A stretch of DNA of 64,000 nucleotides. Origin: Psammoneis japonica. Its lineage: Eukaryota. Shown one piece after another: positions 1 to 12,883 of this stretch. Location: the NCBI GenBank assembly GCA_008632985.1, contig QPGO01000120.1, positions 62,001-126,000 on the forward strand, written 5' to 3'. Within the stretch, counting starts at the first letter, position 1. Every line of letters begins with the position of its first letter. The notes under the pieces are model-generated. The model did not search any database. It was not told the origin of the DNA and saw nothing but the letters and a program-made list of their open reading frames with translations. A program made the translations under genes and the position numbers.

Positions 1-616
1 GACAACAAGGTATTCGTCAAAACAAGAAATGCAATCCAAACTAAAAAGCATTAGAATCAGTATCCCATCCTCACCTACCTCAGGATCGCAGTTCCTGCTT
101 GAACAGTCGTATGAGAAGGGGGGAGTGGTGTCGGAGTCGATGAGTCGTCCTCGTCTACATCGGGCGAAATTGGATACTGCTCGAGAATATGATTTATAAC
201 GTCCGAAGCTCCAGGAGGCTTTGTGCATTTGTAAGGGACTCTTGTCATTTTGAGAGACGAGTCTACAGGTAGAGGGAGGCTTCGAATTGAGATACTGATG
301 CGTTGCCAGCGGCGAGAAAGATGAATGAGAACACATACGTACCATAAGGCTTTAGATCTGATTTTCGTTGAGTGTAGCCATAATCGAATTCACTAGTCTC
401 CTCATAGTTGAATCCAGACTGGATGTCGCCGTTGGCACCTAATACTACCAAATTGTGAAACATGAGAAAGACACAAAGAGACTTCCCCCTTTTTCTGATA
501 TACTTACTACACTCGTCGAGCTGCTTTTTCGGCACGCAAGGATTTTGTTGAGGTCGCTAGAATGAGATGACTTGGAATTCTTACTTTATTAAGACCTACG
601 GTATCGGTGCAGTAAT

Positions 617-1198
617 CTAAAGTTCTGATTGGGCTGCAAAAGACTCATTCGAAGCGGCTTTATCAATGATGATGTTCTCATTCTCATCAAAGGTCAAGAT
701 TCCATCATTCTCCTCAAAACTTCTACACAAGGTGAACAAAACATGAATGCAAAAGTTCGCAAAGGCCGATATTAGCATTGTTTTGGGCCCAGACCTGCAG
801 CTACCCAAAGCTCCAGCGGGCAAGCTAAGAAGCAACCTCACGCCCGAGTCGAGTACAATATGGGAGCCAAAGAGTAGTAGAATGCTATAACAGAGGACTT
901 GGTGAAGCATTCCGAATTTTGCAACTGCCCACCCCCACTGTTTTCCTTTCAAGTGCATACCCTTTATCCAATTGCTAGGAAGTGCAATTATTCGAAGAAT
1001 GCCACCGACTATCCAAGGAATGGAAAGGAACCACTTGTACACGTATCCAATACAGAAGAGATACAACCATCCAATCAATGCCAAGAAAACTCCATAACAA
1101 GTCATGAAGGAAACGGTAAGTTCGGTGTTCTGGAACACATGTTGAATCAAGTCAGGATCATAGATCATGCCTGTTTTCGAAAGCACGATTTCCGCCAT
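617..1198 (-). CDS. Hypothetical membrane protein (193 aa)
   Basis: ATG-started ORF with several hydrophobic segments and normal Tyr/TpA content; no family recognised. Confidence 0.45.
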   Translation of the reverse strand: MAEIVLSKTGMIYDPDLIQHVFQNTELTVSFMTCYGVFLALIGWLYLFCIGYVYKWFLSIPWIVGGILRIIALPSNWIKGMHLKGKQWGWAVAKFGMLHQVLCYSILLLFGSHIVLDSGVRLLLSLPAGALGSCRSGPKTMLISAFANFCIHVLFTLCRSFEENDGILTFDENENIIIDKAASNESFAAQSEL

Positions 1199-1975
1199 GA
1201 TGGTGTCGAGGTTACGGCAAGCCAGGAAGCAGCCTTTGCGACATCAACATGATTGGTTGGGAAGTGCCGGGTAATGCTGAAAACGAAAAACCCGACTTTC
1301 ATGTTTCTCGTTCTCTGCCCTCGTCTTCCCCTCTCGTTTCGCCCCTGTGCTGTTTGCTCCTTGCGCCTCTGATGATGAAGAATGCGCGCGAAATTTCAAA
1401 ATTTCGATTTGAAGATAACCAGCCTGCAAGGAGCATTGACCACTTGTCTTTGTTTGTGGGTGTGGGTGTGTGCCGTTGCATGCAGTATTGCCTGTACGTA
1501 CGCAGGCCCCCACCGCGCGCCGGGCTGGCATTGTGGCGGCAGGGTGGCGTGGCCACCGCACCGGTGACGCGGATGACCGTTATATTTTATGGCTCATGCC
1601 ATTTTTGGGGCTGTAGCGAGGTGCAGGGACACTCTTTTTTGTCCAATTTACCGCCGAAATAGCGCATCTCACAAACCTTCTTATTGTTCGATATGTTTTC
1701 TCCAATATGACCGTTTCGCGTACAACTCACGAAAAATAATATCTATTAAGAACTGGATGTATCGTCGAACATCCCACGCCGGCAATCCCAATTTTACTGC
1801 ATTTTCGAGCTCTTCTGAAAAACCGTACCACGTACCCGTCGTAGGGATTTTATCGCTTTTTTAGGAAGTCCCCGCGAAACCCAATGTCCATAACAATCAT
1901 TCTAACAACACGAATAACACACCTGCACTAAACAAATCATACCGTTTCGAATGCCGAGGGACACTCTCACAATCG

Positions 1976-2052
1976 CCGACATCCCGACCCACCGACCGAC
2001 CGAACGACCGACCGACCGACCACCCACCGACCTACTGACTGACTGACTGACA
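1976..2052. repeat. Compound tetranucleotide microsatellite, (CCGA)n grading into (CTGA)n
   Basis: ccgaccgaccgaacgaccgaccgaccgacc...ctactgactgactgactgac read directly. Confidence 0.85.
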
Positions 2053-2859
2053 CGAAAAAGTCTGCAATCACCAACCACCGAGTGGTCAATGAAACACATT
2101 CTGCCGAGAGTTGCACTTAAATAAACAAAGAACTCCATTGCATCCATGATGGACATTTTCATGGGTGACCATGCCGTTGACGGCTCCAGATTTGTTTGCC
2201 ATTGCACAGAGTGACAAGGTGGGAGCACGGGTGCGCCGACCCACAAGAAAAGACAATTGCAATCCACAGTTTGGATGGCACGTTTGGCCGGTTCAAAACC
2301 TCTGGCATTGCCAATCCTTCAATTCGACTGGACTGGATCCGTGTTTTTTTTAACTCACCCATCATTCCTCGTCTGGCAAAATTGCAGTGCCGCGGGCCCT
2401 GCTGTCAGTGGATGGCCATGGATTTGGTGAATCAACAACAGCGCAATCATGGTCGAACGAATTGTCGCAATGAAAAAGTTGTCACAACAATCGAATGCAC
2501 CTTTCCATCATGAACTCCATTCACAGCAACAAGCTGAGAGTGCAGTGCTGGCGCAGCGAGTCCATTGTTGCTGTTGATTTCACAGGCAAGCGCGCAGAAA
2601 CCGGTGGGCTTGCATCATCATGGCCTGTCTGAAATCTGAAAAAACGCATCGTTGGTTGTCGGTTGTTGTCAGCAGCGCATGCTCCAAGCACAACAAACAC
2701 AGACTGGCTCCATCTAGTCACCTTCTACAGTTGGATGTAAAGAGGCCAAACCACTGACAAAAGACTCAAATCCAGCAAGCTCTTGTTTGAGCTGATCAAA
2801 TGACTGTCTGGAGAGTCCACGAGTGCAACTGAAGTTCAAGAGATTGATTTCTGTATTTC

Positions 2860-3690
2860 AGCGTCATGCGGGATTGTCGCACAAGTCGAAGCTGAGCCTG
2901 ATGACGGCGACAATTGTGAAGCTGCCAACGAACATGAATTTGGAACGGGAACTGACACACAACAGCCAACTCCACCGCCCCGGGAACAGACCTCACTCCG
3001 CCTCCCAGTCACATGCCAACCCCACCTCCAACTTTTCCACTGACACCGACACCACCACCGCCGACACCAATTCCCACTCCTGGTGCGCCTGATGGGACTC
3101 TGAGCCCAACATCTGCACCCGTGGCTGGTCCAACTCCTCCTCCTGCCCCCAGTCCAACCTGTGAGCACAATGCACCAAGTCCAACCCCTGCAGACGGGCC
3201 TGATGGAACCCCGAGTCCAACGTTGACACCGCCTGCACCGATGCCTCCTCCAGTTGCAGGTCCAATGCCACCACCGATGCCACCCCCAACGTTGTCACCA
3301 CCTGCGCCAACACCTCCTCCAGTTGTTGGTCCGACGCCACCACTGACACCACCCCCAACATTGTCACCACCTGCGCCAGCACCTCCTCCAGTTGTTGGTC
3401 CAATGCCACCACCAGCACCACCCCCAATGTTGTCACCACCTGCGCCGACACCTCCTCCAGTTGTTGGTCCGACGCCACCACCGACACCACCCCCAACGTT
3501 GTCACCACCTGCGCCAACACCTCCTCCAGTTGTTGGTCCGATGCCACCACTGACACCACCCCCAATGTTGTCACCACCTGCGCCGACACCTCCTCCAGTT
3601 GTTGGTCCGACGCCACCACCAACAGCAAATCCTGCTCCTGGTGAGCCTGACACAACTCCCAGACCTGCATTGCCACCCACTCCATGCAAG
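2860..3690 (+). pseudogene. Eroded relic of a Pro/Thr-rich extracellular-type protein gene
   Basis: A + frame reads ..CGIVAQVEAEPDDGDNCEAANEHEF..QPTPPP, then a PTPPP-rich tract (ORF 3013-3897) in another frame; resembles diatom Cys-domain plus Pro/Thr-linker proteins (recognition, not a search result). Confidence 0.45.
3222..3625 (+). repeat. 69-bp minisatellite, about 6 copies (23-aa unit LSPPAPTPPPVVGPTPPPTPPPT)
   Basis: Units start near 3222, 3291, 3360, 3429, 3498 and 3567; copies differ mainly by CG>TG/CA. Confidence 0.9.
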
Positions 3691-6600
3691 TGGATCAACT
3701 GTTGTTTGCGTGTCCACAGCAAAAACCATGTTGATGAACAAACTGGATTTGGGTGCGAACATCATCTGGGTGACTTGCTGGATCAAGGCAACAACTGGCA
3801 TGGCAGGCTGCCAGGAACACATGTCAAAAAGCTGTGCAGGCTCTTCAAATTTCTTGGGGTGCCTTGCATCTGTCAGCAGAGCAAGTGGAGTGCATGAAGC
3901 CAGAGCTCAGGCAGGGAAGAAATGCACCGGCCAAAGTGGGGGAGAGGAGCATGGACTTGTCCAGAGCAAGATCCTGTTTGCTCCTTGTTTTGTGGAAAGC
4001 CAGCTCCATTTGGTTGCAAGAAGAATGGCAGGAATGGTGCAAGTGACCCAATCAATTTTTACCTGCGGCAGAGTTTGAGTTGGTCCATGTGTGCTCCATT
4101 TTTCAAGAACCACAGTGGGAACAAACTCTCTCTTGTCCACTTCACTGGATGCATCCAACATTGCTTCTTAAGATGTGCAATGTCATGCCACAATGGCTCA
4201 CATGCAAAAACAACAATGGCCGGCATCATCTGCCATGTGCAAGCCTCAATTTTCACAGTCAATGGCAGCTGTGCTTTCAGCTGCTGCTGCTTTGGCAGTG
4301 GGTTTCCTTTTAACTCATTCTTCTTTTGCTTTGCTGCTGATGGTTGGTTCACGGATGCCAAAAGTGCTTCTGAACTGGACCCGCTGCAGTGTTTTTGAAT
4401 CATGTGAGTGGCAACCTCTGGATTGCATGCAAAGGAGAAACCCAAATGCTTGTGCAATGGGCGCAACTTTAAATCCACACCTTCAGTCTGACTTGCAATG
4501 ACGTTGCTTGATTTGCCAATGGCAAAGTCATCATCTCTTGCTGTCAACAGAAATCAGAGTTTGCAACCCAGCTGCTGGCAAGTTGAAAGAGAGTTGCACA
4601 TCATTGTTGCCCAACAACAACCACAGTGCTGTGCCAGCTCCAATCAACTCAAGTCATGGCTCACAATGATGCCCATTTCTTTGTGCAGCTCACAAGTGGC
4701 TCCCATTTTGCTGGCAAAGAGCAGCTGGTCCTTGGCAGCTCCTCTGCACTGCTCTGCTTGAACAAACTTGGGTTCATCAACATGCCCACCTCTGGAAGCT
4801 GAGGGAGGGGACCCTTTTTTCTTGCATGTGCAAAATGCAAGAGCAACAGCCCATGGACCACTGTGGACTGCAATGTGCGCAAAACAAAAGAAAGAGTTGG
4901 AGGTTGCCATGGTGACAATCAACAAGATGGCAACACTTTGACCAGAGAGTCACTCACTGATGAAAATGAACCCACTGCAGTGGCATCTGCATGGCTCACC
5001 AGGCTTGGCTTTTCTGAAAGGTCTTGAGGAGTGGTGCTCTTGCTGTTTGGCTTTTCTGAAACATGATCCTGAGGATCAGCATTTTCAAGACTTGACATTT
5101 CTGAATCATGGGCAACAGCATTGTCAATGCCAGGCTCTTTGGAAATGTTCAGGGAAATGCTCTGAGCTTTCCCAAACATCCTGAGAAGCGGTGTTGTCAT
5201 TCTGCTTTTGATGCTTGACAAGAAGTTGGCATGCAACCTCTTCACATGTGACATTGAAAAAAAAAAACCAATTTAAAGTGCTGTCACACCTTTGCCCAGC
5301 AATGCTGGCGCCGGCCAACCCACACCTCTGGTGCACTCCATGGGGAGTGCAGCAGAAGTGGATGCGATTGGCCTGAATGTGGGCATCTTGCTGAGGAAAT
5401 GCCCAGCCAGTGGAAAGAACTGGCAACAGCACACCTGCCTTGAAGCACTGGCTTCTTCACCTCTTTCAAACTTTCTTTGAGTCTGGGCTGAACTGCAGAA
5501 ATCCAATTTTGTGTGCATGTGGTGGAGAATGTTTGATTTTCCTCCACTGAATCTAATGACACACCTCAACCCTTGACCAAATGCTCCTGATGCTTTTTGC
5601 AAATTGCTGTCAACTCTGCTTTGACCATTTGCTGTTGTGAGGACTTGCAAGAATCCACATGATCGCCATGCACAAAATGGTTGTTGTGCTCTTCCCATGG
5701 CTCCCACCATTGCTTCCAAAGGAAAGGCATGATTTGCACCATCCAGTCTGGTGGTTGTTTGTTCTCCTCTTGGCATTGACAAAGAATGCTGGAGTCCCAC
5801 AAGCATCCACATTATAGCATGTTCCACAGACTGGAGAAGTGTTCATCTGTGACATTCAGCACACACTCTTGTTCATGACAAATGTTCTTGACATTGACTG
5901 TGCTGCCCATTTTTTCAATCATTTGACAATTTTGCAAGAGCTGGGTCACTTCACTCTGTTGCTTTTTTCTTGGAGTCCTTTGAATTTTTGATGCCTGTAA
6001 AAACCCACCCAAGTCCACCACAATTGTGCTGGCTCTTTGTTGATGCAGTGTTCTCTTGAGGTGCAAATGTTGCAAGTGTGAGCCATGACAAAAGCTCTGC
6101 AGTGCTGACTGCAGCCATGGCTGGCAACTGTGAGCAGACATTTGAGTCCAAGTGTGTCATTGTTGCTGCTCCATTGAAAATGCTGAAGAGAAAAGAGCTG
6201 CAGAATCTCTTTCCCACCTTCTCTTGACATTGCCAGCCATCCCATTGATGTCAACAAAGTGCACATCTTTTGTTCTTTGTCATGATCTTTTTTCATTTTG
6301 TCTTCCAGTCCAACATCTGGCCTTTGCAATGGGAATTGAAATGAACACGAGATTGAAAAGGTCTGGATTCAGTTCAACAAAGCTTTTGGAGACACAAGCA
6401 GGCAGCAGCCAGTCATTTAAAATGAGCAAAAAGGTGGTGCGGGTGCACTTTTTTTAAGTTTGAACTTGCTTGGCTGGGTGGTGAGATGCTGCTGGGTTTC
6501 ATGAACAGAGTGCAGCTGGCAGCTGCCATCAATGACTCCAATGAAACAGACAACAAAATGCCACTCATGAGCACATCAACTCTCTCAAAAGGCTTTGTGG

Positions 6601-9255
6601 TTGGAATGATGACATCACCTGCACACGGCAAGCCACAGAGTGGAAGAACAACCCACATTTGTTGAGAAGAAGCTGGGAGTTCTGTGAATTGAGTTTGGTG
6701 CATGAGGAGTTTTGTGACAACATTTTTTTTTGGCCCACAAGACAGGCTTCACATGGCCAGCTGATCCAGACATTGCCAGAACTTTTTGGACTTCACACAG
6801 GGTGCAACAACATTCAGTGGAATCTAGAACAGCCAATGGGTTGTTGATTGCATTGCAAAACCACCATCAGAACCCTGGTCAATTGCTCCATGCACTCCCT
6901 GTGAGAGTGCTGGTGACATCAAAGCAGAGGACATGAAAAAGTTCTGCCGACAATGTGGTGGCATGCTTTTTTCTTAACTCAGAACCCAAGGCATCACACA
7001 ACTCCCCATTGCAATGCCTGCAATGTTGCACAGACATTCGTTGACACTCTCTTCTTTTGGCTTCTCTTCTTTCAGAGATGATGGTGGCCACACAGCCACA
7101 ATTTTGGGAAGCAGATCTTTGGTCTTTTTTGCATGACCAGCGGCATTGAGATGCACATGATCAACCAGTGCAAAGCCAGCAAGTTGCTGCATGTTGGCTT
7201 GGAGATCAAGAATCTTGACAATGTCCTTGAGTTTGGGCGAGTTGGCAATCACTTTCATGGTCATGGTGTGGACTCAAATCATGAAATCCCCTTTTGCATT
7301 GCTGCAGATGGGACATTGAGATGAGAGCATGCAGCCAATTTTGGTGACAGATGGATGTGCTGCAATTGTTTCAAACAGTTTCATCAGCATGGTGGGCATG
7401 TCTGCCCAGTGGCAGCATTGAGACCAAAATCATGGTTGTTGCCCAAGGCATGGACAATGACAATGGATGGGTCCCAAACTGGATGGAGCAACTCCACACT
7501 CTTTTGAATGTCCTGAGACAAGATGATGTGCCAAAGCCAGCATTGAAATGGTTGGAACAAAATGGCACCACACCTTGAGTCAGATTGTGCCAGAAGCCAT
7601 TGCTCATGCTTTGGGTGCTCTTCAGAGCTGTGTTGGCCTCTCCATTCATGATGCACTCCATGAGATCAAAGTGCCCATTGTGTGGAAACACACCACACAC
7701 AAAGAGCTGGCACAAGACATCAGCTCTCAAAGGTCATGCACAAAGCTTTGCTGTTTGACAAGACAGCTCTGGGGAAGATCATGAAGCCCACTGCTGCAGC
7801 ATTCCATGCAGATGACAAGACCCAAAAAGAAGACAATTGAGGATCCTCCAAAGGCAATGGCCCCAGATCCGGCAACCCAGCCAGAGCTGTGTCAATCAAA
7901 AAACCCACCACCAGACTGACTCCATGAGGGCAATGTGACAAACAAAATGACAATGACAGAATCTGGCAAGCAAGGCCCAGCTGGTGCATTGCTTCCTTCA
8001 AACAAAGGATGCCTTGTGGAGGTTGGCCCCAGCTTGGATTCCTTCACAATGTCAGGCTTTGGTTTGCGGTGGCAGGCAACTCAGCAAAGTTCACATTCTC
8101 AAAATTTTCTGCATGAGGAGGTCTGGCCCATCTCATGGCCTTGACCTTGAGCTTGGCCACTGTGGCAATGGTCATGACTGTCATCACATTTTCCTCATCC
8201 TTGGCAGTGGCTTTTGCAGGGGAAGATTCATCTTCATCCTTCTCCTCATCACCCAAGGCAACAACAGCTTTTTTCTCACTGCCTTGCACTTCCACATCTT
8301 TGGCAGTGGTGACCTCCATGTTCTCTTGTGTTTGTCAACAAGCATCTTCTCCATTTTGATCTTGTTCTGTTGTTTTTTGCTGAAAAGATTTTTGTTGTTT
8401 TCCTTTCTTTTGTCTGTTTTTCTTTCCCAAAAAGACTGCCTTGTTTTTGGCATCATTGTGCAGCTCACCTCAAGTCACGTGCAGTGGCCACACGTTCTCA
8501 ACAAAATTGCTTTTCACCTCTTGTTGTCATCTGCAACCCAGAAAGATCACCACATCTGTGCATGAGCACAGTGCAGCAACAAACACAGTTGAGTGCCCTT
8601 GCCAAAGAAATCCCACAATGGAGAAACATGAGAGCCAACCATTGGAGTTTGCCACAGCTTGTGTGGCAATGTCATGCTCAAGTCAAAAGGCTGAGCCTGC
8701 AATGACTCTCTTTTGAAGTGGCCACAATGGCTGGGAGTGTCATGCATGAGTGTTGCCAACCCAGTGAGTGGTGCACATGCTCTGCAGTGTGATGCACAGT
8801 GGAGTGAGAAGTTTGATTGGTTCAAAGCATGCCCAAGAAAATGGTCACCGCAGCGCTCTGCACAAGAGACAAATGTGAAAAAGACATGGAGCCAGAGAGT
8901 TAGAGGCAGCATGGGAGGCTGACAAAAAAGGCACAAAGTCCCTGCAGAGATTGCAAAAAGCCTTGGAAATTCAACCAGCTTCAACCAGACAATGCCAGAT
9001 GAAAAGAGAGCACAGCTGCACCAAGGGAGCCCATGCTCACTTGAGGGCATTCAGACAAAGCTCTGCATGCCAACTTCAGCACCAGAGTCAACCAGGGGCT
9101 TCTTAGAGCTGGAGGTGCAGAGAACTTGTGCCACAATTTAGGTCAAAGCATGTGCACAATTTTGCTGAAGAACTTTCTGTCAATGTGTGCTCCGCACACA
9201 ACTGTCCATTCACAGATTGCAAAAACATGGAAGAAGAAAAATTCAGAGTGGAGCA

Positions 9256-12200
9256 TGACAGAATGCCGAAGGTCAGAGGTGACAAAGGTGTGAAAGACTC
9301 CCCAAGCACTGGGACTGTGACAACACGAGCACTGGTAGATGAGAAAGTGAGAGGTCTATCTAGATGGTCTGTCCATCATCCGCACACAGTCTGTCCATCA
9401 TAGAATGGGTAGACTGACACGCTCCCCTGATCTGTGATGTCCAAATGGATGGTGGGACAATGCAGATCAATCCAAAGAATGGGGATGATGCATGAGAGCA
9501 GACCGGATGACAAAACAAAGTGTCCAGACTCAACTCGCACTGCAATCGTAAAGGCAGCACCACACACAGCACAGGGCAATGACATGATCTCCAAAAAGTC
9601 TCCAACGGCATCTGGGCGCATGTGCTGGTCCATCGGAGTCTTCGACAAAAAAATCTAAGGTAGTTTCCATTAAATCTTGAGCACAAATGGAGTCTTGCAC
9701 CAAAGAAATAAATTTGTCAATCAATGAGCAATTGATCGCAGAAAGACATTCCAGCGAGTCATGCTGTCACCAAATCTCATTGGAAGGGACGGGGCCAGAA
9801 AATGCAAATCCACCATGGCAGACAGTGCAGCAAAAAAGAAGCAACAGCAATCCACCTGACAAAACAGTGCTTCTACCACCGGATGTGTTGCCCCTGAAAA
9901 ACACATTGGACAAACAAAATGCATCGTGCAATTGCTCAACATGCCGGAAGAACAGTGACGCGTCGCAGGTGAGCATCGCACGGCGTTCAAATCATGGTCG
10001 TCAAGTGAGGTTTCTTGATTGAATGTGACATTCTCAACAGCCTGACATGCTTCCTCTGCACTGTGGGAATCCCTCCCGTGATCAAAAAATGTGGGGTCAT
10101 CATCGGGGATGGTTGACAGGTCGGGACCACCAGGAAAAATGCTGTTTAACACCACAACGGTCTTGACAGCGAAAGAAGAAGGCGACACGCTGGAAGAGTT
10201 GGTGTGATTGTCAATCTTGCACAATTCCTCTGCACAACATTGCTCCCTCCTTTGACAAGAAAATGAAGGATCATCATCAGCAATGGTGGACAGGTCCGGA
10301 GCACCATGAAAAGCACAAACAGACGCGACAACGGTCCTGACAATGGAGGAAAGAGATGGTGTAACGGAAGGCAGCAAGACTCCGTGGCCCTCTTTCATGA
10401 CAACATCATCGTGGAACCCCACAAATGCGTGGGGACTCGCAACCCGGAAATGTGTGGAGTTGTGCGTGCATGTGTGGGGACTGTTCACGTGGGTTTTGCA
10501 CCAGAGCCATCTCGCGAACCAGGCGTTTTTTCGAAATTTTGTCGTACAAACTGCACCAGTTTTGCGCATGTGGGCTACATGTTTCAGCACCACATGCAAA
10601 AATGCGCGCAGACCTCTGCAGGAGGGTCCCCATGCATTTGTGGGGTTCCACGATGAAACCCCGCTTCTGTTGGTCTTGTTTGGACAATGGAAGGAATGGC
10701 GGCATTGCACATCCAAAATTGATGACGGCCGAGCCAAAAATCCAAGGACAAAGCAACCTGACAACCAACAGAGCTCTGGCTGTGTCCACAGGTGTCACAT
10801 GCATCATACGATGGTGCCACAGAGGCAGCAAATAGCTCATGGGTGACCTTGGCAATGTGGCATGATCCATCCAATGGATTAAAGTGAGCACCATTGCATG
10901 AAACAACAGGATTGCCAGACACAAAAAACTTTGGGGTCTTGAGTGGGCAAGCATGGAGGTTGGCGGGAAATGCCACCAATCTGGCAGACAATGCAAGTGA
11001 ACCAGTGCCAACAATTGCAGATGGCTCACTTGCAGGCACCACAACAGACATGGGAGACATGACATCTGGTGCAGCAGCATTCGTGGGATCAATCCAAGCA
11101 CCCGTTAAAATTGCATCTTCATCTTGAGTCACATCTGCATCATCTTGGGAAGAGGACTCAGTGGCGGCATCCATCTTGGAATCTTCAAATGCATGGTTGG
11201 TCAAAGATGAGACCTGAGGTGAGGAAAAGAGCAAAGAGGCCTTCTCATGTCCATCACGGTCACTGGAAGGTGAAGGGTCTGGATGGCGTTGATCCTTTGC
11301 ACAAGGAGGTTCGTCCATGCCCTCGTTGAAGCACACATTTGTGTCCATCTTGATCTGAGAGTTTTCAGGATCCTGCCACCTTGTTGGTGTCAGATGAACA
11401 ACCAAGGAAAATGCCCTTCTTGGAGATGGGGTGCAACTTGGAGCAACAGGAACCGGGTTCTTGAACCCAAACATGAGAACCAATTTCAATCTCCCCAGTG
11501 GCAGGCGCAGTGGATTCTCCAGAAGACAATTTGGCAGTCACAATGGATGATGTAGACCCCGATGAGGAGTCACACAACACAGCAACAAGATTGTGAATGC
11601 GTGCAGAGGGAAGAGGTGCACTCATCATTGGAAGAGGCACAAGAGCTTCTTGTTTTGCATGTGGCACACAATTGGATGGAAGATGCATGTCAGCACCTCC
11701 AGGATGCATGGTTGTGTTCACATGGAGTGGCGCAGTTGCTGATGAAGGACCACGCCGGGCCTTGACAAAATTGTCTGCGCCAATCAACAAGGAATTCATG
11801 CTTGTTGCTGGATGAGGTAGATGTTCTTGTGGAGGTTGATGCTGGGGTGCATCACACATGGGAGCACCTCCACAACACTTTGCAGTTGTCGAACATGGTT
11901 GTGCACAACGTGACGCAACGTCACACGAAGTTGTCACAAAATGGTCTGTGCACATCAACGAAGGATTCACAATCAATGACTGTGGAGCCGTGTGAGCTTG
12001 TTTGGATGCACATGGGGAAAGGGAAAACTCTTTCCAATCTCCACAGTTCCATGTCATGTCAGGATCAAAGTGCACATGGTGCGTTGACCTGAGAACATAG
12101 AGAGATTGCTCATGTTGCTGAAGACTCAACTTGATCATGGTGGAGAGACCTCCAAGCATCAAACAAATCATGTGAGACTCAACAGGGTCTACAATGCAAA

Positions 12201-12883
12201 AACAAGCTTCATCCATAATTGTCTTGATGGACTGCATGTCCATGGGATCCACCGTGCAAGGTGGAATCGCTTGATTGATGAGAAACTCACGGAACAAGTC
12301 CACAAAATTCTTCTTCTTAGGCCAAGTGTGTTCTGGGTCATTGAAGAACGGATCCAGATCCAATGTGGAATCCGCGCGCAGCATGTTCAGGGACATGTGG
12401 ACATGCAATGGAGTGCTGTGTGCTTGGAATTCACAACAGATCTCTGCAACAGACTTGGGAGTGGCCTTCGCAAGGTTGGGAGACGCCATGGTTTTTCTTC
12501 GTGAAAACATTTTTGGTCATGCACATGCAGAAATCTGGTGTGTTTCTACAAGCGTGAAAAATGCCGGGAAAGTGAGATAAAAATCCTTCCGGGAACAAGA
12601 GATGAGGCTTGCTCGATCTGCTCACAAAACAAATGAATCGAAACAGAAAGCTTGGCGCAGAGTTCTTTGGCACAGCGCAAGGCCATGACCTGACAGAGTG
12701 CCAAAGGTCAGAGGTGATAAAGGCATGAAAGACTCCCCAAGCACCAGGACAGTGATGACATGAGTGCCAGCAGATGAGAAAGTGAGAGGCAGATCTCAGA
12801 GAGATCTGCTCGTCTGTCTAGATGGTCTGTCCATCATCCGCACACAATCTGTCCATCACAGAACAGGTGCTTGTAGACTGACA
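9256..12883 (-). mobile_element. Non-autonomous or degenerate LTR retroelement (3.6 kb)
   Basis: LTRs 12691-12883 (5') and 9256-9419 (3') with TG..CA ends; 5-bp TSD GAGCA (9251-9255, 12884-12888); minus-strand PBS-like GGTcATGGCC (12681-12690); PPT AGGGGAG next to the 3' LTR; no pol motifs recognised inside. Confidence 0.85.

Noticed and set aside
263..535. 90-aa minus-strand ORF
   Set aside because: No ATG start or recognisable motif; may be an exon of a gene leaving the window but cannot be supported.
3009..3722. Minus-strand Gly-rich ORF as a gene, or the 69-bp array as a CRISPR
   Set aside because: Antisense shadow of the Pro-rich repeat; there are no unique spacers and no cas genes.
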